From contig CAVSDR010000005.1 of assembly GCA_963726745.1 (NCBI GenBank), positions 64,001-128,000 of the forward strand: a stretch of DNA of 64,000 nucleotides, given 5' to 3'. This DNA is from an uncultured Verrucomicrobiae bacterium (GTDB lineage Bacteria; Verrucomicrobiota; Verrucomicrobiia; Chthoniobacterales; UBA10450). Below, piece after piece: positions 10,303-21,975 of the stretch. A program made the translations under genes and the position numbers. How positions within the stretch are numbered: the stretch's first letter is position 1; each line of letters begins with the position of its first letter. The notes under the pieces are model-generated. The model had not been told where the DNA came from, ran no database searches, and was given only the letters and a program-made list of their open reading frames with translations.

Positions 10303-12529
10303 ATGCCTTCCGAGCCGCAACCCACTTCTTCGTCGAACGAGCCGAGTAACATCGTGCCGTTGCCCGAAACCGGGGCGCGCGATCACTCCAGCGATTCGCT
10401 CCCGGAGAACTTCATCAATCGCGAGCTGAGCTGGCTTGAGTTCAATCGCCGCGTCCTCGAGGAAGCGCAGGACCCGACGCAGCCGCTGATCGAGCGGGTG
10501 AAATTTCTCACGATCGTGAGCTCAAACCTGGACGAGTTCTTCGAAATCCGGGTCGCCGGGATTAAGCAACAAATAGCCAGCGAGACGAGCGACGTAGGGC
10601 CCGATGGGATGACGCCCACGGAGACGTTCGAGGCAATCCAGCGCCGGGTGCACGAGATGGTCGCGGCGCAGTATTCCCTCTGGCGCGATGAGCTCCTGCC
10701 GGCGCTGGCGAAGAACGGCATCCGGGTGCACGACGTCGCGCAGTTAAACGCGAAACGCGCCGCCTGGGCGCGGCGTTACTTCCAGGAGGAAGTCTTTCCG
10801 ATGCTCACGCCGCTGGCGATCGACGCGAGCCATCCGTTCCCGCAGTTGCTCAACAAGAGCCACAACCTGCTCGTCCGCGCCCGCGCGCAAAAAGGGAGCC
10901 CGCCGCTCTTCGCGATCGTGCAGGTGCCGCGGGTGATCCCGCGCCTGATCCAGATGCCGCGCGGCAAAACCGGCGACGAGCCGTGGGACTACATCTACCT
11001 CGCGGCGCTGATTAAACATTTCATCGGCGACCTTTTCCCGGGCCTGCTGCTCGACGACGTGCACGCCTTTCGCGTGACCCGAAACAGCGACCTCTATATC
11101 GATGAGGAAGAAGCGGAGAACCTCCTCCGCTCGATCGAGCAGGAACTGCGACGCTCGAGCCGCGGCGATGCCGTGCGCCTGGAAGTGGAAGCGGATTGCC
11201 CGCGCGAAGTGCGCGAGCAGTTGCTCCGCTTTTTCAAGCTGACCGAAGCCGATCTTTACCGGCTCGATGGCCCGCTGAGCATGGGCCACTTGATGCCGCT
11301 GGTGACGAACGACGCTTTCGCCAAGTGGAAGGACCGCGTCTTCCAGCCGACACGCGACCCGGCGCTCCCGCCGCATGCGAACGTTTTCGAGGTCATGCGG
11401 AAGCAGGACGTCCTCCTGCATCATCCGTATGAAAGCTTCGACCAGATCGTGGAGTTGATCGAGACTGCGGCGCAGGACCCGCAGGTGCTCGCGCTCAAGA
11501 TCACGCTTTACCGCACGAGCGGCGATTCGCCCATCGTGGAAGCGTTGATCCAGGCCGCGAGCGAAGGGAAGCAAGTGACCGCGCTTGGTGGAATTGCGCG
11601 CGCGCTTCGACGAGGCGGCGAACATCCAGTGGGCCCGCCGGCTCGAGGAAGCCGGCGCGCACGTGGTCTACGGCGTGGTCGGCTTGAAGACGCACTGCAA
11701 GGCGCTCCTGATCGTGCGCCGCGACAGCGATCGCCTGCGGCATTACGTCCACCTCGGCACCGGGAATTACCACCCGAAAACGGCGCGCGTTTACACCGAT
11801 TTCAGCCTGCTCACGACCAATCCGAAATTGACCGAGGAGATCGCGATCGTCTTCAACACCCTCACCGGTCTCGCGAGCTATCCGGGCCTCGAAAAACTCC
11901 TGGTCGCCCCGTTCGATCTCCAGCGCCGCGTGCTCGGGATGATCGAGCGCGAACGCGACCACGCGCTCGCCGGCAAAGGCGGCCGGATGATCGTGAAACT
12001 GAACTCGCTGGTGGACCAGGAGGCGATCGAAAAACTCTACGAAGCCTCCCGCGCCGGGGTGAAGATCGACCTGATCGTGCGCGGCATCTGCTGCCTGCGG
12101 CCGGGCGTTCCGGGGCTCAGCGAAAACATCCGCGTGGTCAGCATCGTCGGCCGTTTTCTGGAGCACAGCCGGATCTACTATTTCGAGAATGCCGGTGAAC
12201 CGGTCGTCTATCTGGCCAGCGCCGATTGGATGCCGCGGAATTTCCAGCGCCGGGTCGAGATCGCGTTCCCGATCGAGGACCAGACGCTGCGCGAAGAGTT
12301 GATCGAGGAAGTGCTGCCGGCCTTCGTCAATGATTGCGTGAAAGCGCGCGAGCTCCAGGCGAACGGGACTTACCGGCGGGTGCACGAAATCGAAGGCCAG
12401 CCACGGCGGCAGGCGCAGCTTTATTTCCGCGAGCGCTCGCGCAAGCAAGCCCGCACCGCGGCCGAGGCGCAGAAGGCGCGCGCGGTCAAACTCACCCCCA
12501 TCACCACTCCGAAGAAGGATCGTCCGTGA
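10303..12529 (+). CDS. ppk1: Polyphosphate kinase 1 (frameshift near 11585)
   Basis: FINRELSWLEFNRRVL, SSNLDEFFEIRVAG, LLHHPYESF, VELRARFDE, KTHCK, LGTGNY, GRFLEHSRI, SADWMPRN, split over two frames. Confidence 0.95.
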
Positions 12530-13215
12530 AGCAAATCCTCGTGATCGATATCGGCGGCACCAGCGTGAAGCTGATGATGTCGCGCGACGACAAACGCAAG
12601 TTCGCCTCCGGCCCGGAGATGACTCCGCGCGATTTCGTCCGGCAGGTGAAGAAGGCTGCGGAAGGCTGGGAGTTTGACGCCGTCTCCATCGGCTTCCCTT
12701 CGCCCGTGCAAAACGGCTTCATCAAAAACGACCCGAAGCATCTCGGGAAAGGCTGGATGGATTTCAATTTCAGCGAAGCCCTCGGCAAGCCGCTGCGCGT
12801 GGTCAACGACGCCGCGATGCAGGCGCTCGGGAGTTATCACGAAGGGCGGATGCTTTTCCTCGGCCTCGGCACCGGCCTCGGCTCCGCGCTCCTCTGGGAG
12901 CGCAACCTCCTCGCGCTCGAGCTCGGCGATCTCCCGTATCCGGGCACGAAACGGATCGAGGAAGTCGTCGGCAAAGACGGCTTCGAGCGGCTTGGAAAAA
13001 AAGCCTGGCAAGCCGAGACGCTGAAAATCCTGCGCGCGCTCAAGAAAGCGCTCATCGCCGATTACGTGGTCGTCGGCGGCGGCAACTCGAAGCAGCTCTC
13101 GGAATTACCCGAAGGCTTCGAGCTCGGCCACAACCGCAACGCCTACCTCGGCGGCACCCGCCTTTGGCAAGTCGACCCGAAGAGCAAGCAGCCGCATTGG
13201 CACGTCATCTCGTAG
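12526..13215 (+). CDS. ROK-family sugar kinase, polyphosphate glucokinase-like
   Basis: VIDIGGTSVK, VVNDAAMQALG, LGLGTGLGSAL, ELGDL, VVGGGN. The GTG start overlaps the ppk1 TGA. Confidence 0.75.
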   Translation: MKQILVIDIGGTSVKLMMSRDDKRKFASGPEMTPRDFVRQVKKAAEGWEFDAVSIGFPSPVQNGFIKNDPKHLGKGWMDFNFSEALGKPLRVVNDAAMQALGSYHEGRMLFLGLGTGLGSALLWERNLLALELGDLPYPGTKRIEEVVGKDGFERLGKKAWQAETLKILRALKKALIADYVVVGGGNSKQLSELPEGFELGHNRNAYLGGTRLWQVDPKSKQPHWHVIS

Positions 13216-14107
13216 CGGCGCCCAAGCGCTCCCGCACCAGCGCCGCGCCCCGGGCCGAAACCCCGCGCACGATCGTCACTTTCCGCCCGCGCCCGCTGCG
13301 TAGTCGCCCAGCCGCGTCCACTTCCGCTCGTCCCTCCATGGCGGCGGCAAACTCCGGCCGCGCCGCGCGCAGCACCACCGCGGCGTCGAAGATCGGCCCG
13401 CCGCTTTCGCCCACGTAGCGCGTCCAAAACCAGAGCCAGACCCGGCTGCGCCGCGCGAGAAATTGCCCCGCCGGTCACCGGCGCGCCGCAGCGCCGCCAG
13501 GTCCGGCGCGCGCAGCTGCAGCTCGGCCGCGGCGCGGATCGGCACCAGCGTCATCGGAATCCCGCTGCGCAGGACTGCGCGCACCGCCGCGGGATCCTTG
13601 AAGACGTTCGCATCGTGAATGCGCAACCGGTCGTTAGGCCCGAAGCGGAGCGCGTTCGGTGCGTCCTCGCCGCCGAGGAAAATCACCCGCTCAATCCGGC
13701 GCGCTAGCGCGGGCTCGCGCTTGAGCAGCGCGGCCAGATTCGTCAGCGGCCCAAGCGCCAGGTAGGTCAGCCGCTCGCTCGCCAAAGTGCTGGCTAATTT
13801 CGCCGCCGCCGGGGTGGCCGTCGCATCGCCTGCTCCCTGTGCGCCGCGAAAAACTTCGCCTTTTCCGAACAGCCCCACGAGTTCTTGCGCAACTGCGGTC
13901 GTGCGCGCCACCCCGGCGTTTCCGTAAGTGCTGCTGATCCCGACGATCCGCAGTTCCGGCGAACGGAAGGCGAGCGCGAGGGCGTAGGCATCGTCGACCT
14001 CGCGCCAGGGCGCGCCGATTGCCGGATCGGTATCGATCCAGACTGCGGTGCGGCCCAAGGCGCAGCCGGCCAGCAGCAGCGAAAGGAGGAAGCGCGCGCC
14101 CGATCAT
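13205..14107 (-). CDS. Inosine/uridine-preferring nucleoside hydrolase family protein (frameshifts near 14093 and 13470)
   Basis: WIDTDP...DDAYAL, ISSTYGNA, ALGPLTNLA, DANVFKDPAA, PIFDAAVV. Confidence 0.8.
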
Positions 14108-15961
14108 TCCGGCGGTTTCGCCGTGCCACTGGTCCAGGCGGGATCGGGCGCGCTCGCGAAGACTTCGCGGTCGGATTGCAGGGCGTTCTGGAGATTCTCC
14201 ATGTGCTGGCGCGCGATCGAGACGTAGACCTCGTCATCCGCGTCGCTCTCGAGGTCGGCCATGGCGCGGACGGAAGTTTCGTCGTGCTCGCGGAAGAGAT
14301 GGGCCGCGCGGTAGGCCCGTTTGCCGCGCACGCCGAGCGCACGCGGAGCGCATCGATGCTCAGGTCGAGCGCGCTGCCGAAAGTTTCGCGGTGCACTTGC
14401 TTCACGCCCCGGCGCAGAAGCTCATAGGCATGTTGCCGGCTCAGCGCCCGCGCCAGAATCTGCAAATGCGGGAAGTGCTCGTGCAAGAGATCGACCAGCA
14501 CGAGCGACCGCTCTTCGTCGTCGATCGCGATGATGAAAAGGCGCGCGCGCTCGGCTCCGGCGGTGCGCAGGAGGTCGAGCCGGGTGGCGTCGCCGTAGAA
14601 CGAAGACATGCCGAAGCGGCGGAGCAGTTCCACCTGCTCCTGGTCGTAATCGAGCACGGTCAGGCGAAAGCCATTCGCGCGCAGCAAGCGGCCGACGATG
14701 TGCCCGAAGCGGCCGAAGCCGGCGAGGATCACGGGATTGTCGTGCTCGGTAATTTCATCCGCGGCGCGCTCCGGAACGCGCGGGGTGAAGAGCGGCTGCA
14801 CGAGGCGTTCGTTTGCAGTCAGGAGGAAGGGCGCGGCCGCCATGCTCATGGCGATGGAGGCGATCAGGAGGTTGGCTAATTCCGCGGGCAGGACGCCGTT
14901 TTGCGTCGCGAACGAGCAGAGGACGAAGGCAAACTCGCCGCCCTGCGCGAGGGCGAAGGCGAGCAGGAGCGCCTGCCCATTTTCGAGGCGGAAGGAGCGG
15001 CCGAGCGCGAAGAGGACGACAAATTTAAGCAGCAAGATGGCGGCGACGAAGCCGGCGATCGTGCCCGGTTCGCGGCCGATGAGGGCGAAGTCGATGCTCG
15101 CGCCCACGGAGATAAAAAAGAGGCCCAGGAGCAGGCCCTTGAACGGCTCGAGATCGGTCTCGAGCTGCGTGCGGTATTCACTTTCCGCGAGGACCACGCC
15201 GGCGAGGAAAGTCCCGAGCGCGGGCGAGAGACCCACGCGTTGCATGAGCAGGGCGATGCCGACCACGAGCAGGAGGGCGGTGGCGGTGAACATCTCGCGC
15301 AGGCGCGTCGCCGCGATGTAACGCAGGAGCGGCCGGAGCAGGAAACGCCCCGAGACGATCACCGCCGCGACCGCCGCGAGCACGATCAAGCCGCGCGCCC
15401 AGGGCGGCAAGCCCGCCTAACGAGTGGTCGTGCAGGGCGTCGCCCGCGCGCGGCAAAGTCGCGAGCAGCGGAAGGAGCGCGAGGATCGGGATGACCGCGA
15501 TGTCCTGGAAGAGAAGAATGGAAAAGGAAGCGTGCCCGCCGCTGGTGCGGAGGAGGTTCTTCTCGTTGAGCGACTGGAGCACGATCGCGGTTGAGGACAT
15601 CGCCGCGATGAGCCCGACGGTAAGCGCGACCTGCCAGCGCATCCCGAAGACGAGCGCGCTCGCCCCCACGACCAGCGGCCGTGGCCACGACCTGCCCGCC
15701 GCCGAGCCCGAGGATTTCGCCGCGCGATTGCCAGAGCAACGCGGGCCGCAACTCCAGGCCGATGAGGAAAAGCATCATGACCACGCCGAACTCGGCGAAG
15801 TGCATCACCCCGCCGGCCTGGCCCACGAGCCGGAGCGCATACGGCCCGATGACCACGCCGGCGATGAGATATCCGAGGACGGAGCCGAGGCCGAGGCGCT
15901 TAGCCAGCGGGACGGCGATGACCGCGGCGAGCAGATAAATGAAGGCTTCGAAAAAGCTCAT
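14104..15961 (-). CDS. CPA2 K+/H+ antiporter with KTN/RCK domain, KefC/KefB-like (frameshifts near 15680, 15410 and 14340)
   Basis: [83 protein letters not shown]. Confidence 0.88.
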
Positions 15962-15974
15962 GGGGTCGCGGAAT

Positions 15975-16554
15975 TCAAGATGGGCGCGCCCGCGCGCGCT
16001 CGGTGAGATCGAAGGTGCCATCGCGCAGGGCCGCGAGCGTCCGCGCATACTCCTCCGCGTGCGCCTCGATCTGCGCGTCGCTCATTTCAAAGGCGCCGGG
16101 AATCACGAACGGCGGGAGGTATTCCATCCCGCAAAAGCGCGCCGTCTGCTCGAGCGGCGCGAGGAATTCCCGCACGGTGAAGTGATTGAGCGCGCCGCGA
16201 CCGTAGCTCTCGGCCCCGCCGCCGGTGCTGATGACCGAGAGCATTTGCTTGCCCTGGAGAGCGACGCCGTCCGTGCCGTAGGCAAAGCCATGCTCGAGCA
16301 CGAGGTCCTGCCATTCCTTCAGAATCGCGGGCGTGCTGTACCAGTAAAACGGATGCTGCAGCACGATCAGGTCATGCGCCCGCAGAAGCTGCTGCTCGCG
16401 CGCGACATCGATGTATTGCTCCGGGTAGGCCTCGTAGAGATCGTGCCGCGTGATCCCGTCGCCTAACGAGTCCAGACGCGCGAGCAGCGCGCCGGTGCAC
16501 GCGCGATTTCTCGAGCGCGGGATGGGCAAAGAGAATGAGCAGGCGCGCCGGCAT
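15975..16554 (-). CDS. Flavodoxin-like NAD(P)H oxidoreductase, KefF/KefG-type ancillary protein (frameshift near 16490)
   Basis: ILFAHP...[41 protein letters not shown]. Directly upstream of the Kef transporter. Confidence 0.88.
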
Positions 16555-16592
16555 CGGGCGTTTATTCTGCCGTGCCGGGCGCGCGCCGACAA

Positions 16593-18830
16593 CTACGGCG
16601 GCGAGCCGGCGTGCGCGCGGACGATCACGGTGTCGCCGCCGTTGATCGTGCCGTCTAAATTGACGTCGCTGCGGAAGTTGTCGGCATCGGCCAGGCTCCC
16701 GGAGCGGTCGCGCGTTTCCACGGTATCGCCGCTGTTCACCGCGCCGTCGCCGTTGGTATCGCCGAGGAGAAGATTGACCGGCAAGGCGATGCTGGCGGCG
16801 GTGTTGCCCTGGTTATCCTGCACGCCGCTGAGCGTGAGGGTGATCACTTGCGCGGTCGCGCTGCAGCCGGTCACGGTCACATTGTAGTTGAAGGCATCGC
16901 TGCCATTGATCGCGCCCGTGGCTGTGCCGCAACTCGAAGTCACGCCCGTCACGGCGGTAAGTGGATTGCTGAAGGTGAGCGCAAACTGGTGCGTCCCGGC
17001 GGGCTGCGCCGCGCGGCATTCCACGCCGGGCGTGCCGGTGGTAGGAAGATTGACGTTGAACGCGCCCTGCGGGCCATGGGTCTTCCGCGAGACCGCATTC
17101 GCCAGGATCAACGGCGGCACCGTCGGCGCGCAGGTGGGAAACTTGAAACTGCCGATGCGCGTCTGCCAATTCATCGAGGGCGCATACGGCGGGGCCGGGA
17201 TGGTGGTGTCGTAATATTCCTGCGTGTACCAGAAGGTGCAGTCGTCCGTCGGATCGACTGACATCGAGCTATAATCGCCCCAGCGATTGAAGCCGCCGGT
17301 CTGCGAGAGGCCGCCTTCGACGAAGGAACTCTCGGTTTGCGGGAGCTGGTTGGCCGGGTCAGCCGCGAGCCGGCCGGAGTAACGGACCGCGGGGAACATG
17401 GCGGCGCTCGAGACGCTGTAGCCCATGGCCATGTTGCCGGCGCGATCGACCGCGAGGCTGCCCATCCAACGGTAATTCGTGTCCGGCGAGTAGGTGCTCT
17501 GCTGCACCGGTGCGGTGCGGATGGTGCCGCCGGTGACGTTGAGCTGATACCACCGAAGCGCGGTCTGCGGGCCGCTTGCGGGCGCGATCACGGTGTGGAG
17601 ATTCCAAAGCGACTCCACCCCATTGAGGTTGCGGTATTGGTTCTGCATCATCAAGCGGTCGCCTAACGAGTCCAGCGGTTCGCCCCCGAGCTGCGGCACG
17701 TAGGGCGCGAGGTAGGGCGCCTCGCGATACTGCTGCACGCTCACGTTTGTAGCCGGGCTAAAGCTGGCCGTCATCGTGGCCCAGTCGGTGATGGTGAACT
17801 TGTGCACCTTGAGCGTGTTCCCGGTGAACTGCGGGAAGTTTTCCTGATACCAGATGAAGTAATTTGGCGTGCCCGGCGGCGGCGGGGTGCCGCGAAAATT
17901 GCTCGGGATCATGGCAAAGCTGTTCCCATCCGCATTATTGAACATGATCTGGCGCACCGGGCCGCCGCTCTCCATGTCCTCGCGGTTAAAGGCCCAGGCG
18001 CGCGTGCCGGTGTAGCTCCCGCCGGCGTCGAAGAGATTGGCTGACATGTAGATTCCATCCGGCCAAACGCCGATGCGCGGGTAATCCGGGAAGCTCGTCT
18101 GATCGGTCAGGATCGCGTAGAGCCACCAGCCGCCGCTGATCGGGTCGGATGTTTTCGAGACCGCGAAGCATTGATAGTAGGGGCCCACGGGGTTGTTTGA
18201 GCTGTCGGTATCGAAGGCAAAATCGCTGATGATGTAACGGCCACCGATGGGGTCATAGTTCACGTTCGGGTCGCCGGCGTTGAGGTTGTCGCAAGGGGTG
18301 CCGGTGCCATCGAAGAAGGTGTCGAAGGTAAACGCGGCCAGGCGCGTGCCGGTCTTATTGTAGATCCCGATCGAGGTGTTCACTGCCTGGATGTAATGGT
18401 TCGGGCCGACGTCGCCGGTGGTGTCGGGTGGCCAGCCGGCGCCCCAGCCATCGAAGTCGAGGCCCTTGAAACTCGCGCTCGGCGTCGGCGCCGGCGCGGC
18501 CGGGAGCGGCGGCTGCAGGGCGCGATCGGGAGCGATGATCTGCTCCACTTTCGGCGCGATCTTGTGGCGCGTCCGTTCCTCGAAAACGCGTTTCGTGGCC
18601 GGGCCGGTTTGCGGGAGGTCACGCAAGTCGCCGTCAAAAGAGACCGCCGCCTTCGAAATGGCGGTCGCGGACGCGGGCGTGGCCTTGCCCGGGGGGCGCG
18701 CGGGCTCCTTGGATTGCCCGAAGCTGAGAACGGCGAAGACCAGCGCGCAGCCGGCGAGGGTGAGCGCGATCGAGAGTCGGAGCCGCGAAAAGCCAGACTC
18801 GTTAGGGGAATTTTTCTTGATGGAGTTCAT
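16593..18830 (-). CDS. Secreted protein with C-terminal SRKTHG Ig-like module and dockerin-like EF-hand repeats
   Basis: Signal-like N-terminus, PPDTTGDVGPNHYIQAVN, FPDYPRIGVW and RWGDYSSMSVDP core, C-terminal GDTNGDGAVNSGD...SDVNLDGTINGGD. Confidence 0.75.
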   Translation of the reverse strand: MNSIKKNSPNESGFSRLRLSIALTLAGCALVFAVLSFGQSKEPARPPGKATPASATAISKAAVSFDGDLRDLPQTGPATKRVFEERTRHKIAPKVEQIIAPDRALQPPLPAAPAPTPSASFKGLDFDGWGAGWPPDTTGDVGPNHYIQAVNTSIGIYNKTGTRLAAFTFDTFFDGTGTPCDNLNAGDPNVNYDPIGGRYIISDFAFDTDSSNNPVGPYYQCFAVSKTSDPISGGWWLYAILTDQTSFPDYPRIGVWPDGIYMSANLFDAGGSYTGTRAWAFNREDMESGGPVRQIMFNNADGNSFAMIPSNFRGTPPPPGTPNYFIWYQENFPQFTGNTLKVHKFTITDWATMTASFSPATNVSVQQYREAPYLAPYVPQLGGEPLDSLGDRLMMQNQYRNLNGVESLWNLHTVIAPASGPQTALRWYQLNVTGGTIRTAPVQQSTYSPDTNYRWMGSLAVDRAGNMAMGYSVSSAAMFPAVRYSGRLAADPANQLPQTESSFVEGGLSQTGGFNRWGDYSSMSVDPTDDCTFWYTQEYYDTTIPAPPYAPSMNWQTRIGSFKFPTCAPTVPPLILANAVSRKTHGPQGAFNVNLPTTGTPGVECRAAQPAGTHQFALTFSNPLTAVTGVTSSCGTATGAINGSDAFNYNVTVTGCSATAQVITLTLSGVQDNQGNTAASIALPVNLLLGDTNGDGAVNSGDTVETRDRSGSLADADNFRSDVNLDGTINGGDTVIVRAHAGSPP

Positions 18831-18852
18831 GGGGTCGTGGGGTGGTGCGGGG

Positions 18853-21688
18853 TTAGGGGACGACGGCGGTGCCGGAGTTGTTCCGCACGATCACGGCGTC
18901 GCCGCCATTGACCGTGCCGTCGGTGTTCACGTCGGAGCGGAAGTTGAGGTTGTCGGCTAATTGCCCGGAGCGGTTGCGGGTTTCGGTGGCGTCGCCGGCG
19001 TTGACCGCGCCGTCGCCATTGGAATCGCCGAGGAGCGTGTCGAAAACCACCGTGGCCGGGCCGGTGACGGTGCCGTCGTTCACGCCATTGAGGGTGAGGA
19101 CCACGCGCGCCGCGTTGGGCACGCCGCTGAGGTTGATCGTGGCTGTGGCTCCGGTAAAGGAGACGCTGTCGACCGTGCCGACGTTGCTCGTGACGCTGGC
19201 GATGGCGGTGAGGTTGCTGGCAAAAGAGACGACGATTTGGTGGCTCCCGGCGATCGGCCCGCGGCGGCATTCCGTGCCGGTGGCGCCGTTCTGCGGCAGG
19301 TCGATATCGAACGTGCCCTGGCTGCCGTGGGTCTTCCGCGAGACCGCACCGAGCACGGTGACCTGCGCGGGATCGAAGGTGTAGCCCTGGACCACGTCGA
19401 TCAGGTTGAAGAGCAAACCGCCCACACCGCCTAACGAGGGCACGCTCTCGGCCGGTTGGGTGAGCGTCATCGTGCTGGCGGTGACCTCGTGCAGCTTCGC
19501 GTCGATCGCGCCCGGCTCGCTCACGTTAGCCAGCGGGACGTAAATCGTGATCGTGCCGTTGGGGCCGGGCGTGCTCTGGCAATTGGCCGCCGGCAAGGCG
19601 GCGTTCCCGGGATAAGTCAGGCTCACGCCGCCGCCGACGAAGGTGGCCGCGTTCTCGCCGTAGAAACACTGGAGCGCCGCGCCGTTGTTCGACTCCGCGT
19701 AAACGTGAAAGTTTTTGCCGCCATTCGCGTCCGTGGCGGAAGGAACGAGCCATTGCGTCGACCAGACCAAAACCGGGTCGGGATCCTGCGCGGTCGTGGG
19801 CGCGAAGCGTGAGATTGTTCACCCGCATGAACACGCGATAACAGGGCGCGCCTATCGAGCAGGGAGCGGTCGTCACTTTGGTGATGCTCGATTGCAGGAG
19901 ATCGAGCTGCGGCATGTTCGCGCTGCGAGAGGCCGCCCGCTTCGTATTTGCCGTCGCCCGCGGGATCGCCCGCGCTGTTCATCGGCGCGAGGCCGGGGAG
20001 ATTGATCGGCGAATTGGCCGCGAAGAGCGTCTGGCCGCCGTTTTGGCGCACGAACATGCCGTGCGGGTCGAAGGCCTCGGTGATGTTGTTTGAATCGGCG
20101 TAGGAAATTTCCGCCTCGCCGAGCGCGCCCAGCCGCACCTGCAGGAAATCGCCCAGGGTGCGGTCGCCAGTTTGGCCGCCGATGAGCGTTTGGATGCTGC
20201 CGCGATGGACGAAATGCGCGCTCGCCAGGATCGGCGCGGTGAAGGTGGGCACGGCGGTCGTGCGCGTTCAGCGATTGCATCATCCAAAGGCTCCAATCGC
20301 AGGTCGCTGGACACGAATCCGGGCCGCTCGAGGGATACGCCGGCGCGCCCGGCGTGCCATACCAAACGAGGTCGACCCGGCCGTCGTCCCCGGCGACGAT
20401 CCAGGCGAAAACGTTATTCCGCAGTGTTCCGGCGGAGGAGCCGCTGGTGTTGAGCGCGATCGGCGCGGCCCAGGTGTTTCCCTGGTCGGTCGAGTAGGTG
20501 TATTTCAGAATCGTGTCCCCGGTCACTTGCCCGCCGGCATTGATCGGCGCCTCTTCCCAGACGGCGTAGAGATTGCCCGCGCGGTCGATCGCCATCGTGG
20601 GGAAGTTGCCGCCTGTTTTCGCGTTCGGGCCGAGATCGGCCACCGGCAGGTCGACGCAGTTCAAGCCGCTCGGATCGCTCACGTTGGCGACCGGCGGCGC
20701 CGAAGGCCACGGGAAAGCAGCGGCCCACGAGAATCTTGTCCAAGGTGGCGTTGTCGTGAACCACGAAGACGTGCTTGACCGGCGTCGCAAGGGTGGCGTA
20801 TCCGCCCTGGCCGTTCGGTTGCCCGAGGGTGGTCGCGACCGGGCTGACCTCGTTATTGCCCATGATCGCCTCGTCGCAACTTCCGACCGCGCTCACGTGA
20901 TTCGCCGGCCCAAACTCGATCCCGGCGGTCGCGCCCGCGCCGGTCACGGGCGAGCGATACATCACCAGGACGTTGTTGCCCGTGCTGCCCCCGCAAACGA
21001 CGCCGCCTGGCCCGATCTCGTCATTCGCCAGGTAAAGGCTGCCGCCGTTGAGCGGGTCGCCATCGAGCGCATACCATTGGCGATCGACCGCGGTGTCGGG
21101 CACGCCCGTGTTGCTGCAGGCAAAAGTCGCGCCGAAATCATCCGAGCGGCCGGTGCTGAAGTTCGCCAGCGTGAGGTCGTTGAAGTAAAGCCGCCCGGCA
21201 GAGTCGACCGCGAGTTCGGTGTCGCCGCCGCCATTGCAAGCGGTCACTTTTCCTTCGAGCGGCGCGCCGTTCGGGATCCACTTAAAGGTCCGGCCGCCAT
21301 CGAGCGAGCGCCAGATCCAGCTGGTGTTCGCCGAGAGCGTTCCCGGCGCGCTGGTATAGATGCGGCTGGGATTGGACGGATCGACTCGCAGGTCCTGCTC
21401 AAAGCCCGAACCGCCGATGCCGCTGATGATCGGTTGCCCAAAAGTCGGCGTGCCCGCCGGCGCAGAAACCGTCGGCAAATCGAAGGTTGCGGCGCGCATG
21501 GATGGCGCGCTTTCGAGGTTCCGCGCGCGCAGCGGCAGCGGCCGCTCCAGGCTTAACCGTGGTCCGGGGCGGCGTGGAAGTTCTCCGCGAAATCCGATCA
21601 CCGCCAGCGCCGCGCCGGCTGAGCCGAGCAGCAGCGCGCAAATGACCCGCGCCAGGCGGGCGGTCCGCAAACGAGCCGAGTGAGACAT
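18853..21688 (-). CDS. Large secreted BNR/Asp-box (sialidase-like) protein with C-terminal SRKTHG+dockerin-like module (several frameshifts)
   Basis: Signal peptide (...ICALLLGSAGAALA), Asp-boxes RSLDGGRTF, RSDDFGATF and YSTDQGNTW. Pieces joined across about 20700, 20260, 19920 and 19800. Confidence 0.7.
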
Positions 21689-21801
21689 GGGGGTGTCCTC
21701 CGGGCCGCAGCCGGCGAGGAACCATTCCTGGCCCGATACGGCGCTTTCCAAAAGTGCATCGTCGCTGGCGCCGCAGCCGCGCGTGCGGCCGGCCGAAGAA
21801 G

Positions 21802-21883
21802 TGCCGGGGAGGGGACTCGAACCCCTAAGGATTGCTCCACCAGATCCTAAGTCTGGCGCGTCTGCCAATTTCGCCACCCCGGC
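21802..21883 (-). tRNA. tRNA-Leu (anticodon TAG)
   Basis: GCCGGGG acceptor stem, GGCGAAATTGGCAGACGC D-arm, CCAGA-CTTAGGA-TCTGG anticodon arm, long variable arm, GGTTCGAGTCC. CCA is not encoded. Confidence 0.95.
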
Positions 21884-21975
21884 GGCGTGCGGCTCCGCGA
21901 ACTTTAGGGAGAACTGCGGCCGGCTCCAGAGATTTGCGTGACGCCGGCGCAGGCGCGCTCTAACAAGGCGGGACG

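Noticed and set aside
21802..21883. tRNA-Leu as an integration site for an island
   Set aside because: No integrase, no duplicated tRNA 3' end and no evident compositional shift in the window.
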